Positions 20,029 to 28,893 of a DNA stretch of 64,000 nucleotides are shown here, in pieces (position 1 is the first letter of the stretch; the number at the start of each line of letters is the position of its first letter). The stretch comes from a virus. Lineage: Duplodnaviria > Heunggongvirae > Uroviricota > Caudoviricetes. The notes beneath the pieces were generated by a model. That model was not told where the DNA came from. It was given only the letters and a program-made list of their open reading frames with translations, and made no database searches. A program made the position numbers and the translations under genes. The DNA is taken from the IMG/VR virus record IMGVR_UViG_3300042870_001966; one strand, 5' to 3'.

Positions 20029-20778
20029 TTATTTTGTAGTTTTTTTATTAGTTATTAAGTTTAGAGCCGACTTGTCTACACCGTCATTTCTATTCGCCCA
20101 AAAGAAATCGTCAGTTGATCTAGGTTCAACATTGAGAGTTATGCGGCCTCGATTGATCTTCCAGTTGAATTCTTCCCATGATTTACAAAAATAATGGTTG
20201 ATTTGTGCAATACTAGTTGTATTTATTTGACTCGCATGACCTGTTACTAATTCACCAGTTAACTCGAATATTTCACCGTCGACTGTCAAATCAGGCATGT
20301 GAGGATTTGTATACCTAACTACTTTTTTACAGTCGATGATTGTTTTGAAATGGTCAGAGCAATCGTCTTGGCATTTAATGAATCTCTCCAAGACTGGTCG
20401 ATCTGAGTAACGAATATGACCGTTTGACCCAAAGAATCGCCAATGGATTACTACACCAGCTGAAGTTAAGTAGGTTTGAATGAATTCGTTAATTGATAAA
20501 TCATTATGAATTACTAAAAACTCATCAATATCGAGTGCCATTGCATAGTCAAAGTCGCTAGCAAAATTTTCTAGAAAATTATTATATGCTGGAATTTGCA
20601 TCCCTTTTCCAGGAAAATAGATGATCTTAACTGAGTCTGAGGCAAAGTCTCGTAGTTTGTTATTTGCTGAATTATCGTAAATGACAAAGTCAGTAACTCC
20701 TAATCTCTTGTGGTAGTCTAGCCATTCAGCTAAATACCTCTCCTCGTCTAATGCTATTGCAAAAATGGCAAGTTTCAT
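20029..20778 (-). CDS. glycosyltransferase (GT2/GT92-like)
   Basis: DEERYLAEWLDYH, LDIDEFL, INHYFCKSWEEF. Confidence 0.75.
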   Translation of the reverse strand: MKLAIFAIALDEERYLAEWLDYHKRLGVTDFVIYDNSANNKLRDFASDSVKIIYFPGKGMQIPAYNNFLENFASDFDYAMALDIDEFLVIHNDLSINEFIQTYLTSAGVVIHWRFFGSNGHIRYSDRPVLERFIKCQDDCSDHFKTIIDCKKVVRYTNPHMPDLTVDGEIFELTGELVTGHASQINTTSIAQINHYFCKSWEEFNWKINRGRITLNVEPRSTDDFFWANRNDGVDKSALNLITNKKTTK

Positions 20779-20781
20779 TTA

Positions 20782-23346
20782 TTATCGTATATTTTTGTTA
20801 GGTGATTTCGGAGTCTTACCGATTCTAGAAATATGAGTTAGCATTTGATTAACTTGAGCTGATCCCAATTTAGAAATGAGGATCGGCTTCCAATAGTCAA
20901 TTAGTTTATTATATGGGCCAGTTTCCTGATTTGGAACTAGTGCTAAGCATTTAATTAACGGAAATCCTATTTTTAGTAGAGTATAAAAATGATCAGAATA
21001 GACATAGTCTCCTCCTATTTTTGAATGAAATATTCTTGACATTATATCGCTAGTTATGCCTGAATAATTTCCGGAAAGTAGCGAAAGGACCTCAGTTGTT
21101 AATTGAGTATCATTCGATCTAATGTACTCATCTAGACTGACTGTGCTTATGTAACAACCGGTCCTATAACCATTCTTAATTAACATCTCAGATAAACCTA
21201 GCTCATACTTGTCAACTATTTCTGATTTATTATGAGAAACTGTTATACTGTTCATAAACTGAGAGAACGGTTTTGCCGTAAATACTGCTCGGTTAACTGA
21301 GAAAAAATTACTTTGTAAATAGCACTTGCCCTCTATTAGTTTTGGGTCGGGCGCATGATCACATAGTGCCCATGCATCAACGGATGCACCAGTCATAGTG
21401 TCAAAGACTGGAGTTAGATCGCCCACACAATAACCTGAATCATTAACAAAAAGAAATTGATCAATTTTAGAAATGTCAGACTTGTACTTTTCAATTATTA
21501 AATTGAAACCTCTCTTGTAACTACCTAAATCGTTTGATTCACCGTGCCTTCCACATATACTATCAGATATTAAATGAGAGATTTTTTCCAGCTCAGAAGG
21601 ATTTACGTTACCGTCAGACACAAATATTATTTTGTCACAAAATTTACTAAGTTTAGTTAAATAGTCAACTACATAATCGTCGATCTGGTTAAGGACATCA
21701 TAATGAGCAAATACTGCAATTCGATTGTGCATATTAAAACCAAGTCGACTCATCGCTGATTTAATAACAGCTTTATTACTTTTGTTAAATTCACGAACCT
21801 GATTATCAGCTAGTGCCAATTTTAGAAGCCGATCTGCTTCAGTAACACTGGAATATCTTAAAATCGGTAAATCGTGGTAATTATCATCAACTGAAACTTC
21901 GGAAACGACTTTACACCCGTAGCTTAAGGCTTCATATACTCTAACTACTTCAAGATTTCCATTATCGTAGTAGTGGTGATTTAGTACAACTTTAGTTCTC
22001 TTGAGAATATCTACGATATCTGATCCAAACTTATGTACGCTAAATCCGTCTACTACTTTGATGGACCTAAGCTCTCTCATACTATCTAGAAATTCAGTTC
22101 TTCGACTGCTGCCTGAGTATTCTCCATAAAACAGGACATCTATATCTCTAGCTTGGTTAACTATATCAACATCATGTTCAACTCGACCGATTGGTACAAA
22201 TATATGAGGTCTTCCAAATTTTCCTTTGAAATAATTGATATTGTATTCTGAATAATCCCATATTTCAATCGCACAATTTAGCCTGTGTATGTAATCTTTA
22301 GTGAACCAGCTTGAATGGGCTTGTTCAAATTGGTAGGCTATGTAATTCTTTGGGAAATCCGTGAATACATTTGGGCACATGACGATATGCAAGTTAGGGT
22401 CATTTGGGTTTAGAGCACTACCTGGAGATTTAATTGAAGACTTTACAATAAACCCTAATTCGGTTAGGGTCTTTTCTAAATTCTTAGCGTGATTAGCTAC
22501 CTGTTTTGTGTAGATCAGATTGATCTGTACCGTATTGGTGAGTTTGTCTGAATACTTTTTAAAGTTTTCGTAAGATATTGGAACTGCTGCATTATTTTGA
22601 GTAGCAGTAACTAGTGACTGATCTAGGTATTGGTATTTTTTCTTGATAAAGGCAAGTAGCTGCTTTTTCTTTTTGGCAACATGATTATCTCTAATTCCGG
22701 AAATTTCCTTGAAATGTGAAGTCCTACTTAAATTTAAAAAATCAAAGCCGAGTATCTTATCTTCCTTTAATTCAACTTCATCACTAGGTCTGGTAAAGAT
22801 AAAAAGATCAGACCGTATCGACTTTTCAGAAAAGGCTAGTGAGTTCGTTATAAAGAAATTAAAGGCCTGGATTATTGATATGTTAGTATAATCCTGGTTT
22901 ATTAGAATTTGATTAGCAAGCCGACTAATCTCAGAAGAAGGCTTAAATTTAAAAAAGCTCGTAGATATTAATGAGTTCTGGGAAAAGAAAAATTGATTGG
23001 AATTATTGGTTAAGTCTATATCCTTTATTAAAAACACATGGGGGTCGAATACAGTAATATCCGATGCTTCTGAATAAGAAAGTGCTGTTAATATGAAAGG
23101 GTTAACTATAGTTGGGTTAGAATTACTTGAAAATTTCTTCTTCAACGAGATAGATTGCTCGTTTGGGGAGATCTTAATCACTTGAATAATTTCGCATAAT
23201 GCCGATATTATGGTTTTAGGCAAAGGTATATCGGAGCAAATGACTAGGCTGTCGTATTTTCCTGAATAGTAGAGGAATGTTTCCACATTTTTTAAGAAAA
23301 TATCGGAGACTGCATTTGAGTAATAGGTAAAAGCAATGGGCTTCAC
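20782..23346 (-). CDS. multidomain glycosyltransferase with C-terminal RgpF (rhamnan synthesis F)-like domain
   Basis: GTG start; central DIDVLFYG...KVVLNHHY...VRVYEALSYG (GT-B/CgeB-like); C-terminal IAVFAHYD...DLGSYKRG...VNDSGY...LQSNF...YELGLS (RgpF-like). Confidence 0.7.
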   Translation of the reverse strand: MKPIAFTYYSNAVSDIFLKNVETFLYYSGKYDSLVICSDIPLPKTIISALCEIIQVIKISPNEQSISLKKKFSSNSNPTIVNPFILTALSYSEASDITVFDPHVFLIKDIDLTNNSNQFFFSQNSLISTSFFKFKPSSEISRLANQILINQDYTNISIIQAFNFFITNSLAFSEKSIRSDLFIFTRPSDEVELKEDKILGFDFLNLSRTSHFKEISGIRDNHVAKKKKQLLAFIKKKYQYLDQSLVTATQNNAAVPISYENFKKYSDKLTNTVQINLIYTKQVANHAKNLEKTLTELGFIVKSSIKSPGSALNPNDPNLHIVMCPNVFTDFPKNYIAYQFEQAHSSWFTKDYIHRLNCAIEIWDYSEYNINYFKGKFGRPHIFVPIGRVEHDVDIVNQARDIDVLFYGEYSGSSRRTEFLDSMRELRSIKVVDGFSVHKFGSDIVDILKRTKVVLNHHYYDNGNLEVVRVYEALSYGCKVVSEVSVDDNYHDLPILRYSSVTEADRLLKLALADNQVREFNKSNKAVIKSAMSRLGFNMHNRIAVFAHYDVLNQIDDYVVDYLTKLSKFCDKIIFVSDGNVNPSELEKISHLISDSICGRHGESNDLGSYKRGFNLIIEKYKSDISKIDQFLFVNDSGYCVGDLTPVFDTMTGASVDAWALCDHAPDPKLIEGKCYLQSNFFSVNRAVFTAKPFSQFMNSITVSHNKSEIVDKYELGLSEMLIKNGYRTGCYISTVSLDEYIRSNDTQLTTEVLSLLSGNYSGITSDIMSRIFHSKIGGDYVYSDHFYTLLKIGFPLIKCLALVPNQETGPYNKLIDYWKPILISKLGSAQVNQMLTHISRIGKTPKSPNKNIR

Positions 23347-23367
23347 ATAAATTGATTTTTTATAAGG

Positions 23368-23375
23368 TTATTTAA
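23368..23375 (-). promoter_or_regulatory. late-type promoter variant TTAAATAA
   Basis: One mismatch to ATAAATAA, 21 nt upstream of the glycosyltransferase cassette. Confidence 0.35.
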
Positions 23376-23383
23376 TCGAAAGT

Positions 23384-23410
23384 AAACTAACTAACGATTT
23401 CTAGTATTAT
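23384..23410 (+). promoter_or_regulatory. AAAC-N16-GTATTAT promoter (class A)
   Basis: Motif match upstream of dnaJ-like gene. Confidence 0.6.
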
Positions 23411-23438
23411 ACTAGAAACAAAAAGACAGGTTTACCGT

Positions 23439-24344
23439 TTGAAAAATTATTATAAAATTCTCGAAGTTCCCGAAACAGCGGACTCTGCTGAAATAAAGAA
23501 AGCTTACAGAAAGCTTGCTTCTAAATACCACCCTGACAAAAATGGTGGAAGTAAAGAATTTGAAGAAAAATTCAAAGAAGTAGCTGAGGCGTATGAACAT
23601 ATTGGATCAGAAGATAAGAAACGAGTATACGATTCTGCCCGGGCACCTAAAAATTCTTCATTTAATTCGGAATTCTTTGGGTCGTTTCATGATTTCTCTT
23701 TCTCTGGAGCAAGAACTCAAGACTTTAGGCACTTAACGGTTACTGTTGACAAATGGGCAACCATCAAAGAATTAATGGACGGTTCGGTATTTGATATTGG
23801 ATACCCGATATCAAAAAAGTCAAAAGACGGTGCATTAAAGTTCGAAGACAAGCAAATTAGAGCAGAAGTTAATTTAGCAATTAACCCTTATCCAATTTCT
23901 TTTGAAAACGGTAAATATTTTTTAGTCCTAAAAGTCAGAGGAGGAGGGTCCAGTCAGGAAACTGAGGAAGTCGATTACTTTAACAGAAAGCGGGCAGGCA
24001 ATGTGGTTGGCGATTTAATTATTCGCATAAATGTTGATATGCTGGGCCTTGAACTTGAAGATAGTGATCTAGTTCAAGAGATTGAGATCAGCCTATATGA
24101 TATTTTGTTTAATGAAGAAGTCATTTTAGAGAGCCCATTGGGTAAAAAGTACAGAATAAAATCATTTAACCGGGATTCACTTAGTGACTTAGTAGTTAAG
24201 ATACCCAACCAAGGACTCGTATCCGCATTTGGTAAAAGAGGAAGCCATCTCTTTAAAATAATTGTGAACCGTCCGGACTTTTCGAAATTAAGTGAAGAAA
24301 AGTTAAAGGAATTCAAAGACTTACTGATTAGCATTAATAAATAA
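23439..24344 (+). CDS. dnaJ: DnaJ-class co-chaperone (J domain + C-terminal domain, no Zn finger)
   Basis: KNYYKILEV...[13 protein letters not shown] (HPD motif); GDLIIRI C-terminal pattern; no CxxCxGxG repeats. Confidence 0.85.
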   Translation: MKNYYKILEVPETADSAEIKKAYRKLASKYHPDKNGGSKEFEEKFKEVAEAYEHIGSEDKKRVYDSARAPKNSSFNSEFFGSFHDFSFSGARTQDFRHLTVTVDKWATIKELMDGSVFDIGYPISKKSKDGALKFEDKQIRAEVNLAINPYPISFENGKYFLVLKVRGGGSSQETEEVDYFNRKRAGNVVGDLIIRINVDMLGLELEDSDLVQEIEISLYDILFNEEVILESPLGKKYRIKSFNRDSLSDLVVKIPNQGLVSAFGKRGSHLFKIIVNRPDFSKLSEEKLKEFKDLLISINK

Positions 24345-24389
24345 TGTTAGTACGGCTCACCATGTATGACAGGTGGCGCGTATAAATAA
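24337..24389 (+). promoter_or_regulatory. tandem late-type promoters (24337-24344 and 24381-24389)
   Basis: ATAAATAA in dnaJ NK-stop codons and a canonical TATAAATA upstream of the head operon. Confidence 0.6.
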
Positions 24390-24408
24390 TCAAAAAAGTC
24401 TGATACAA

Positions 24409-26394
24409 TTGGCTAATCCTAAAATACAAAGTTTGAACAAGACATCTGTTCCTGACAACTCAGTATTCATTATTGAGAAAATCAACGAAGCTGTCACTGT
24501 AACTAGAGAAGATAACGACATTATCCTTGAAGGTACTGCCGCTGTTTTTGGAGTAATGAACGAGAATAATCGAGTTTACGAAAAACAGGAGTATTTACCT
24601 CATCTAGAATACCTAAAAAAGAAGATCGAAGAGCGCAGACTCTTTGGTGAACTTGATCACCCACAAAAATTTGATGTTTCTTTAGCTAACGTATCTCACG
24701 TAGTAGAAGGACTTACTTACGATGAAGGTTCAAATAGCGTAAAGATTAGACTTCGTCTTCTTGATACTCCTTGTGGAAAGATCGCTAAGACCTTAGTTGA
24801 AGCTGGTTGCACAACAGCAGTTTCATCAAGAGCAGCAGGTAACGTTTCTGAAAACGGAAAAGTTAAGTTGCATAAAATCTTTACTTATGATTTAGTAGCA
24901 GAACCTGGTTTCTCTCAAGCATCATTAAGTCAAGTGTCTGAAAGTTTACAAGGTAACTTTGCTTCTATCTTTGAATCATTGGATACACTAAAGACAACTG
25001 CTATAACTAGCAAACTAACAGATATTTCTGAAAATTTCAACTTTGCAGATTCTGTAAAGATTTATAAAATAAATAATTCTGAAATTCCAACCCAACAAAA
25101 TAATACACAGCAAATGGCTAATGAGTTTGTAACAAAAGATGAAATGAACCAATACTCTGAATTGGTTAAGAAGAAATTCTCAACTTTACAAGAGAGTATT
25201 TCAAAAAACAATAAAGGTCTTAAGCAGATCAGCGAAAGCACAGCTGGTGAATCTCCAGTAGTTGCTAAAATGGTAGAATACGTTAATTACCTAGCAGGTG
25301 AAATGGAGCAGTTAGTTGAATATTCTAACTACCTATCAGCAATGTTAGGAAAAGGTATCAACTACACTGAGCACGTTGCAGAAAAAGTTAATAATGTTAT
25401 TGACTATTCTGACTACTTAGGAGAAAAAGTTGAAAAGAATATCCAGTATTCTGAATACTTAGGAGAAAAAGTTAACCAAAACATTAACTACTCTGAATAC
25501 GTTGCAGAAAACGTTGAAAAAACTATCGAATACACTAATTACTTAGCTGAGAACGTTGATAGAGGAATTCAATACGCTGAATACGTTGGAGAAAATGCAG
25601 AAAAAGGAATCCACTATTCTAACTATATCGCTGAAAACTTAGAAGCCGCTATTAAATATTCTGATTACTTAGGTGAAAACTTAAATAAAGGTATTAAATA
25701 CTCTGAGTATATCGCAGAATCACTTAATGAAAAAGTTCTTCCAGGAGCAACAGCTAAGACTCGTTCTCTACTTGGAGAAGTTAAGAAATTAAACGAAGGT
25801 GTTGAATTTGAAATCAGTGAAACTTCTACAGTAGATGACCTAGTTGGTGCAGTAGACGGTATCTTAACACATATTAAATCTAATTCAGCAAACGCAGTTC
25901 TAGAAGGTAAATATCCTTTCTTAAAATTGTTAAGCGAAGGCCGTAAACAAGCATTTTACAAGTTAGATCAACCTACTAAAACCGCAATCGTTGAAACTCT
26001 TAGAGGAGCAATCTACTTTAATGAAGAAGAGGTAGTTAATATCATGGAGGCAGTTCTTAACAAACAGGTTGAAAACACTCCTAACTATATTAAATTTATG
26101 CCAGCTGCTTACAAAAATGTATTTGAAAGTATGACTGAAGGAGAAAGAAATTGGGTTGCTGCTCAAGCAAACACACTAGTTCTTAATTCAGCATATCAAG
26201 TTAAATCTTTCTGGGATTCTCGTGACTTCAGAGGAATTAATGAAAGAATTGCAACAGAGACTATTATAAATAATAACACTATTAACGAAAGCCAAGGTAA
26301 AGAAGGTTATGTGTCGTTAAATCAAGTACACGAAAGCTTAAGAGGCTATTCAAATACTTACATAGACATGCTTAAAAGAAAAGCACAAAACTAA
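24409..26394 (+). CDS. prohead protease (gp21-like) fused to scaffold/core domain
   Basis: FGELDHP, VSSRAAG, TYDLVAEPGF gp21 motifs; long coiled-coil C-terminus; start moved to in-frame TTG 24409 downstream of TATAAATA. Confidence 0.85.
   Translation: MANPKIQSLNKTSVPDNSVFIIEKINEAVTVTREDNDIILEGTAAVFGVMNENNRVYEKQEYLPHLEYLKKKIEERRLFGELDHPQKFDVSLANVSHVVEGLTYDEGSNSVKIRLRLLDTPCGKIAKTLVEAGCTTAVSSRAAGNVSENGKVKLHKIFTYDLVAEPGFSQASLSQVSESLQGNFASIFESLDTLKTTAITSKLTDISENFNFADSVKIYKINNSEIPTQQNNTQQMANEFVTKDEMNQYSELVKKKFSTLQESISKNNKGLKQISESTAGESPVVAKMVEYVNYLAGEMEQLVEYSNYLSAMLGKGINYTEHVAEKVNNVIDYSDYLGEKVEKNIQYSEYLGEKVNQNINYSEYVAENVEKTIEYTNYLAENVDRGIQYAEYVGENAEKGIHYSNYIAENLEAAIKYSDYLGENLNKGIKYSEYIAESLNEKVLPGATAKTRSLLGEVKKLNEGVEFEISETSTVDDLVGAVDGILTHIKSNSANAVLEGKYPFLKLLSEGRKQAFYKLDQPTKTAIVETLRGAIYFNEEEVVNIMEAVLNKQVENTPNYIKFMPAAYKNVFESMTEGERNWVAAQANTLVLNSAYQVKSFWDSRDFRGINERIATETIINNNTINESQGKEGYVSLNQVHESLRGYSNTYIDMLKRKAQN
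25273..25734 (+). repeat. 11 x 42-bp (14-aa) coding tandem repeat
   Basis: Units such as IQYSEYLGEKVNQN, INYSEYVAENVEKT, IKYSDYLGENLNKG. Confidence 0.9.
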
Positions 26395-26411
26395 AAAAAC
26401 ATTTTTAAAAA

Positions 26412-28079
26412 ATGGCAACTAAAATTTTCAAAAAATTGAACGACGCTTCAATTAACGAAACTTGGACTCCAGTTTTAGAAGGTTACGGTGCAGACGTAAA
26501 AGCTCGCCCTTGGTTAGTAGACTACGCTCACAACCACGCAATTTTCGATAACGCAGGTTCAATCAATGAATCAGCGGTAGCTCCAGGATTGTTCTTACAA
26601 CAACCAGGTTCTATCTCTTCAATCGGTGCAATCTCTGCTCCAACTAGCTCAATGACTCCATTCTCATCTGCTGGTGTAAAAAACGGTTACGGTGCTTCTG
26701 CATCAGGTTCTGGTGATAAATTCCCAAGCCTTTTACCGGTAGCTATCCAAGTAGCTGCTAAAACTATCGGTTTCGACCTAGTTGGTGTAGTTCCTATGGA
26801 TTCTCCAGTAGGTTTCTTACCTTATTTGGATTACGTATACCAAGGTGGTAACACTGATAAAGCATACGAGCCATTCATGGTTAAAGTTCCTTCAATCAGC
26901 GCATCTATCGCAGTTGGTAAATTCATCGACGGTACTAACGCAGATTGGAAATTCCAATTGGTTGGAAAATCACGTGTTGATGGTCAACCAATCCTTAAAG
27001 TAGTAACTGGTACTGATGGTGCTACTACTGTTGCTGACTTCCTTGCATCAATTAGTGCTACAGCAATCGGTTCTGGAACTGGTGCTACAGGCGATCCTTA
27101 CGATGGTTTAGGTACAACTGCATTCGCAGCTAACACAGTTACTTTGGTATCTGCTTTAGAAAACCACATCTCTGGATTTACTTCAGTAAGTGATGATGAT
27201 TATGCAACAACTGCATTTGATGGTCCTTTCTTAGGCGACACAGGTTCTCAATTACCATTCGAAGGAATGAAGAGAGAAGTTGCTGAGGTTTCTAAATTCC
27301 GTCAAATGGGTCTTCGTATGTTTACGAAATTCATTGAGGCTAAAGGTGACCAAGTTGCTATCTCTGCAACTGTTGAGCAAATCCAAGATCTTAACCGAGT
27401 TTGGAATTTCGACGTAATCTCTATGTTAGAGAACGTAGCAGTTAACGAGCTTGCTCAATCAATCAACAAAAAATTAGTTGACCGTGTATTCAAATTAGGT
27501 TCTGTTCACAACACTGCTATCGCAGCAGTTGAAGGTGCAGGAATCACTACTTTGGACTTAACTGTAGGTTCAACTGGTTTCGAGAACATCTCAACTTTAC
27601 AACGTCGTGTTGTAACTAAAATCCTTGAAATGGCTAACTTGATTTATCATAGAGGTCGTTTCGGTGCAGGTACTTACATCGTTACTAACGGTCGTGTTGC
27701 TTCTGCTTTAGCAGACGTAGCTGGTTACTCGTTCGCTCCTTTCAATAACGATCTTCCATCTGCTGCTGGTCAATTGTACCCTGCAGGTAAAGTTCACGGT
27801 TTAACTGTGTACGTAGATCCTAACTTGAAATTCAGCGACGATCGTATCCATATCGGTCGTAAAGGCGCTGATGAAGAGCCAGGTGTTAAATTCCTTCCAT
27901 ATATCATGGCAGAGTCTCTTCAAACAATCGCAGAGGGAACTTTCTCTCCGAAAATTGGTATGAAGTCTCGTTATGCTATTACAGAAGCTGGATGGCACCC
28001 AGAAACTCAATACATTACCTTGAACGTAACAGGTCTAGGTGTATTGACTGGTTCTACTCGTCCTTCTGCATCTTACTAA
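26412..28079 (+). CDS. major capsid protein (gp23-like)
   Basis: AAKTIGFDLVGVVPMDSPVG, LAQSINK, VYVDP, QPKIG-like FSPKIGMKSRYA; strongly biased codon use. Confidence 0.92.
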   Translation: MATKIFKKLNDASINETWTPVLEGYGADVKARPWLVDYAHNHAIFDNAGSINESAVAPGLFLQQPGSISSIGAISAPTSSMTPFSSAGVKNGYGASASGSGDKFPSLLPVAIQVAAKTIGFDLVGVVPMDSPVGFLPYLDYVYQGGNTDKAYEPFMVKVPSISASIAVGKFIDGTNADWKFQLVGKSRVDGQPILKVVTGTDGATTVADFLASISATAIGSGTGATGDPYDGLGTTAFAANTVTLVSALENHISGFTSVSDDDYATTAFDGPFLGDTGSQLPFEGMKREVAEVSKFRQMGLRMFTKFIEAKGDQVAISATVEQIQDLNRVWNFDVISMLENVAVNELAQSINKKLVDRVFKLGSVHNTAIAAVEGAGITTLDLTVGSTGFENISTLQRRVVTKILEMANLIYHRGRFGAGTYIVTNGRVASALADVAGYSFAPFNNDLPSAAGQLYPAGKVHGLTVYVDPNLKFSDDRIHIGRKGADEEPGVKFLPYIMAESLQTIAEGTFSPKIGMKSRYAITEAGWHPETQYITLNVTGLGVLTGSTRPSASY

Positions 28080-28105
28080 TCGTAAGCAAACGGAAATACA
28101 TAAGC

Positions 28106-28140
28106 AAAAGGCTCCTCAAAAGGGAGCCTTTTCTTTTTTT
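28106..28140 (+). terminator. intrinsic terminator
   Basis: AAAAGGCTCC...GGAGCCTTTT plus T run after capsid gene. Confidence 0.85.
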
Positions 28141-28155
28141 ATAGGAGAATCGCTA

Positions 28156-28163
28156 ATAAATAA
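28156..28163 (+). promoter_or_regulatory. late-type promoter ATAAATAA
   Basis: GCTAATAAATAAC right after the terminator. Confidence 0.6.
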
Positions 28164-28198
28164 CTATCTAAAAACAATAAACAAAATAATAAAGCACA

Positions 28199-28564
28199 AT
28201 GAGCAACACCGTTTTAAATTACGCACAATTTCTTTTAGAGAAAAAAGCGATCAACCAGGAAATGGCAGATCTTCCTAAGGGTAAAGGTTCTAAATCTAAC
28301 AAGTCAGTTAATGCTGAGATGAAAGAACTTCCTAAAGGTAAAGGTTCTAACTCAAATAAAACTGTTAAACCTGAAATGGCAAGTCTTCCTAAAGGTAAAG
28401 GTACAACTAGTACAAAAACAGTTGATACTAAAACTTCTAAATTGCCTACTAGCAAAGGTACGGCTTCTAATAAAGTAGTAGATTCTAAAATGGCGAAGAT
28501 CGTTATTAAAGGAAATGCTATTAATAAGAAAGTTGAGCCTAGCATGGCTAAAATGCCTAAGTAA
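28199..28564 (+). CDS. Lys-rich repeat protein, candidate DNA-condensing internal protein
   Basis: N-terminal VLNYAQFLLE then 19-aa MxxLPKGKGxxSxKxV repeats. Confidence 0.7.
   Translation: MSNTVLNYAQFLLEKKAINQEMADLPKGKGSKSNKSVNAEMKELPKGKGSNSNKTVKPEMASLPKGKGTTSTKTVDTKTSKLPTSKGTASNKVVDSKMAKIVIKGNAINKKVEPSMAKMPK
28262..28561 (+). repeat. about 5 x 57-bp coding tandem repeat
   Basis: Unit starts at 28262, 28319, 28376, 28433, 28490 (CTTCCTAARGGTAAAGGT core in first three). Confidence 0.8.
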
Positions 28565-28584
28565 TTAAAAAATCAATCTCGACC

Positions 28585-28890
28585 ATGTCAGATAAAAATA
28601 AAAACAGACTAACTCCATTTAAACAGTTCGTAATTCAAGAGAATTCTATAAAGGATTTAGTTGGAAAATCAGACGACGAGGAATTGGATTTAGATGATGC
28701 ACGTAGCATCGGAAAGAAAATTTCACGTATGAAGGGCGAAGATCGTAAGAAATTCGTAGGGATTGTCAATTTCATGGGAGCTTCATGCCGAATCTATAAT
28801 GAGATTTGGGCAAATTACAAGCCAGTTGATCCAACTAAGAAAAAATCCAACCGCGGAAAAGAATTCCAAGGCGAAAAAGAAATAGGATAA
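28585..28890 (+). CDS. hypothetical protein with capsid-targeting-like motif
   Basis: LTPFKQFVIQE near N-terminus. Confidence 0.6.
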   Translation: MSDKNKNRLTPFKQFVIQENSIKDLVGKSDDEELDLDDARSIGKKISRMKGEDRKKFVGIVNFMGASCRIYNEIWANYKPVDPTKKKSNRGKEFQGEKEIG

Positions 28891-28893
28891 TAA

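Noticed and set aside
24373-24408. GTG start of track ORF 24373-26394
   Set aside because: The extension contains the TATAAATA box itself; in-frame TTG 24409 is downstream of it.
25273-28561. Regularly spaced repeats as a CRISPR array
   Set aside because: Units are degenerate multiples of three within ORFs and lack identical repeats with unique spacers.
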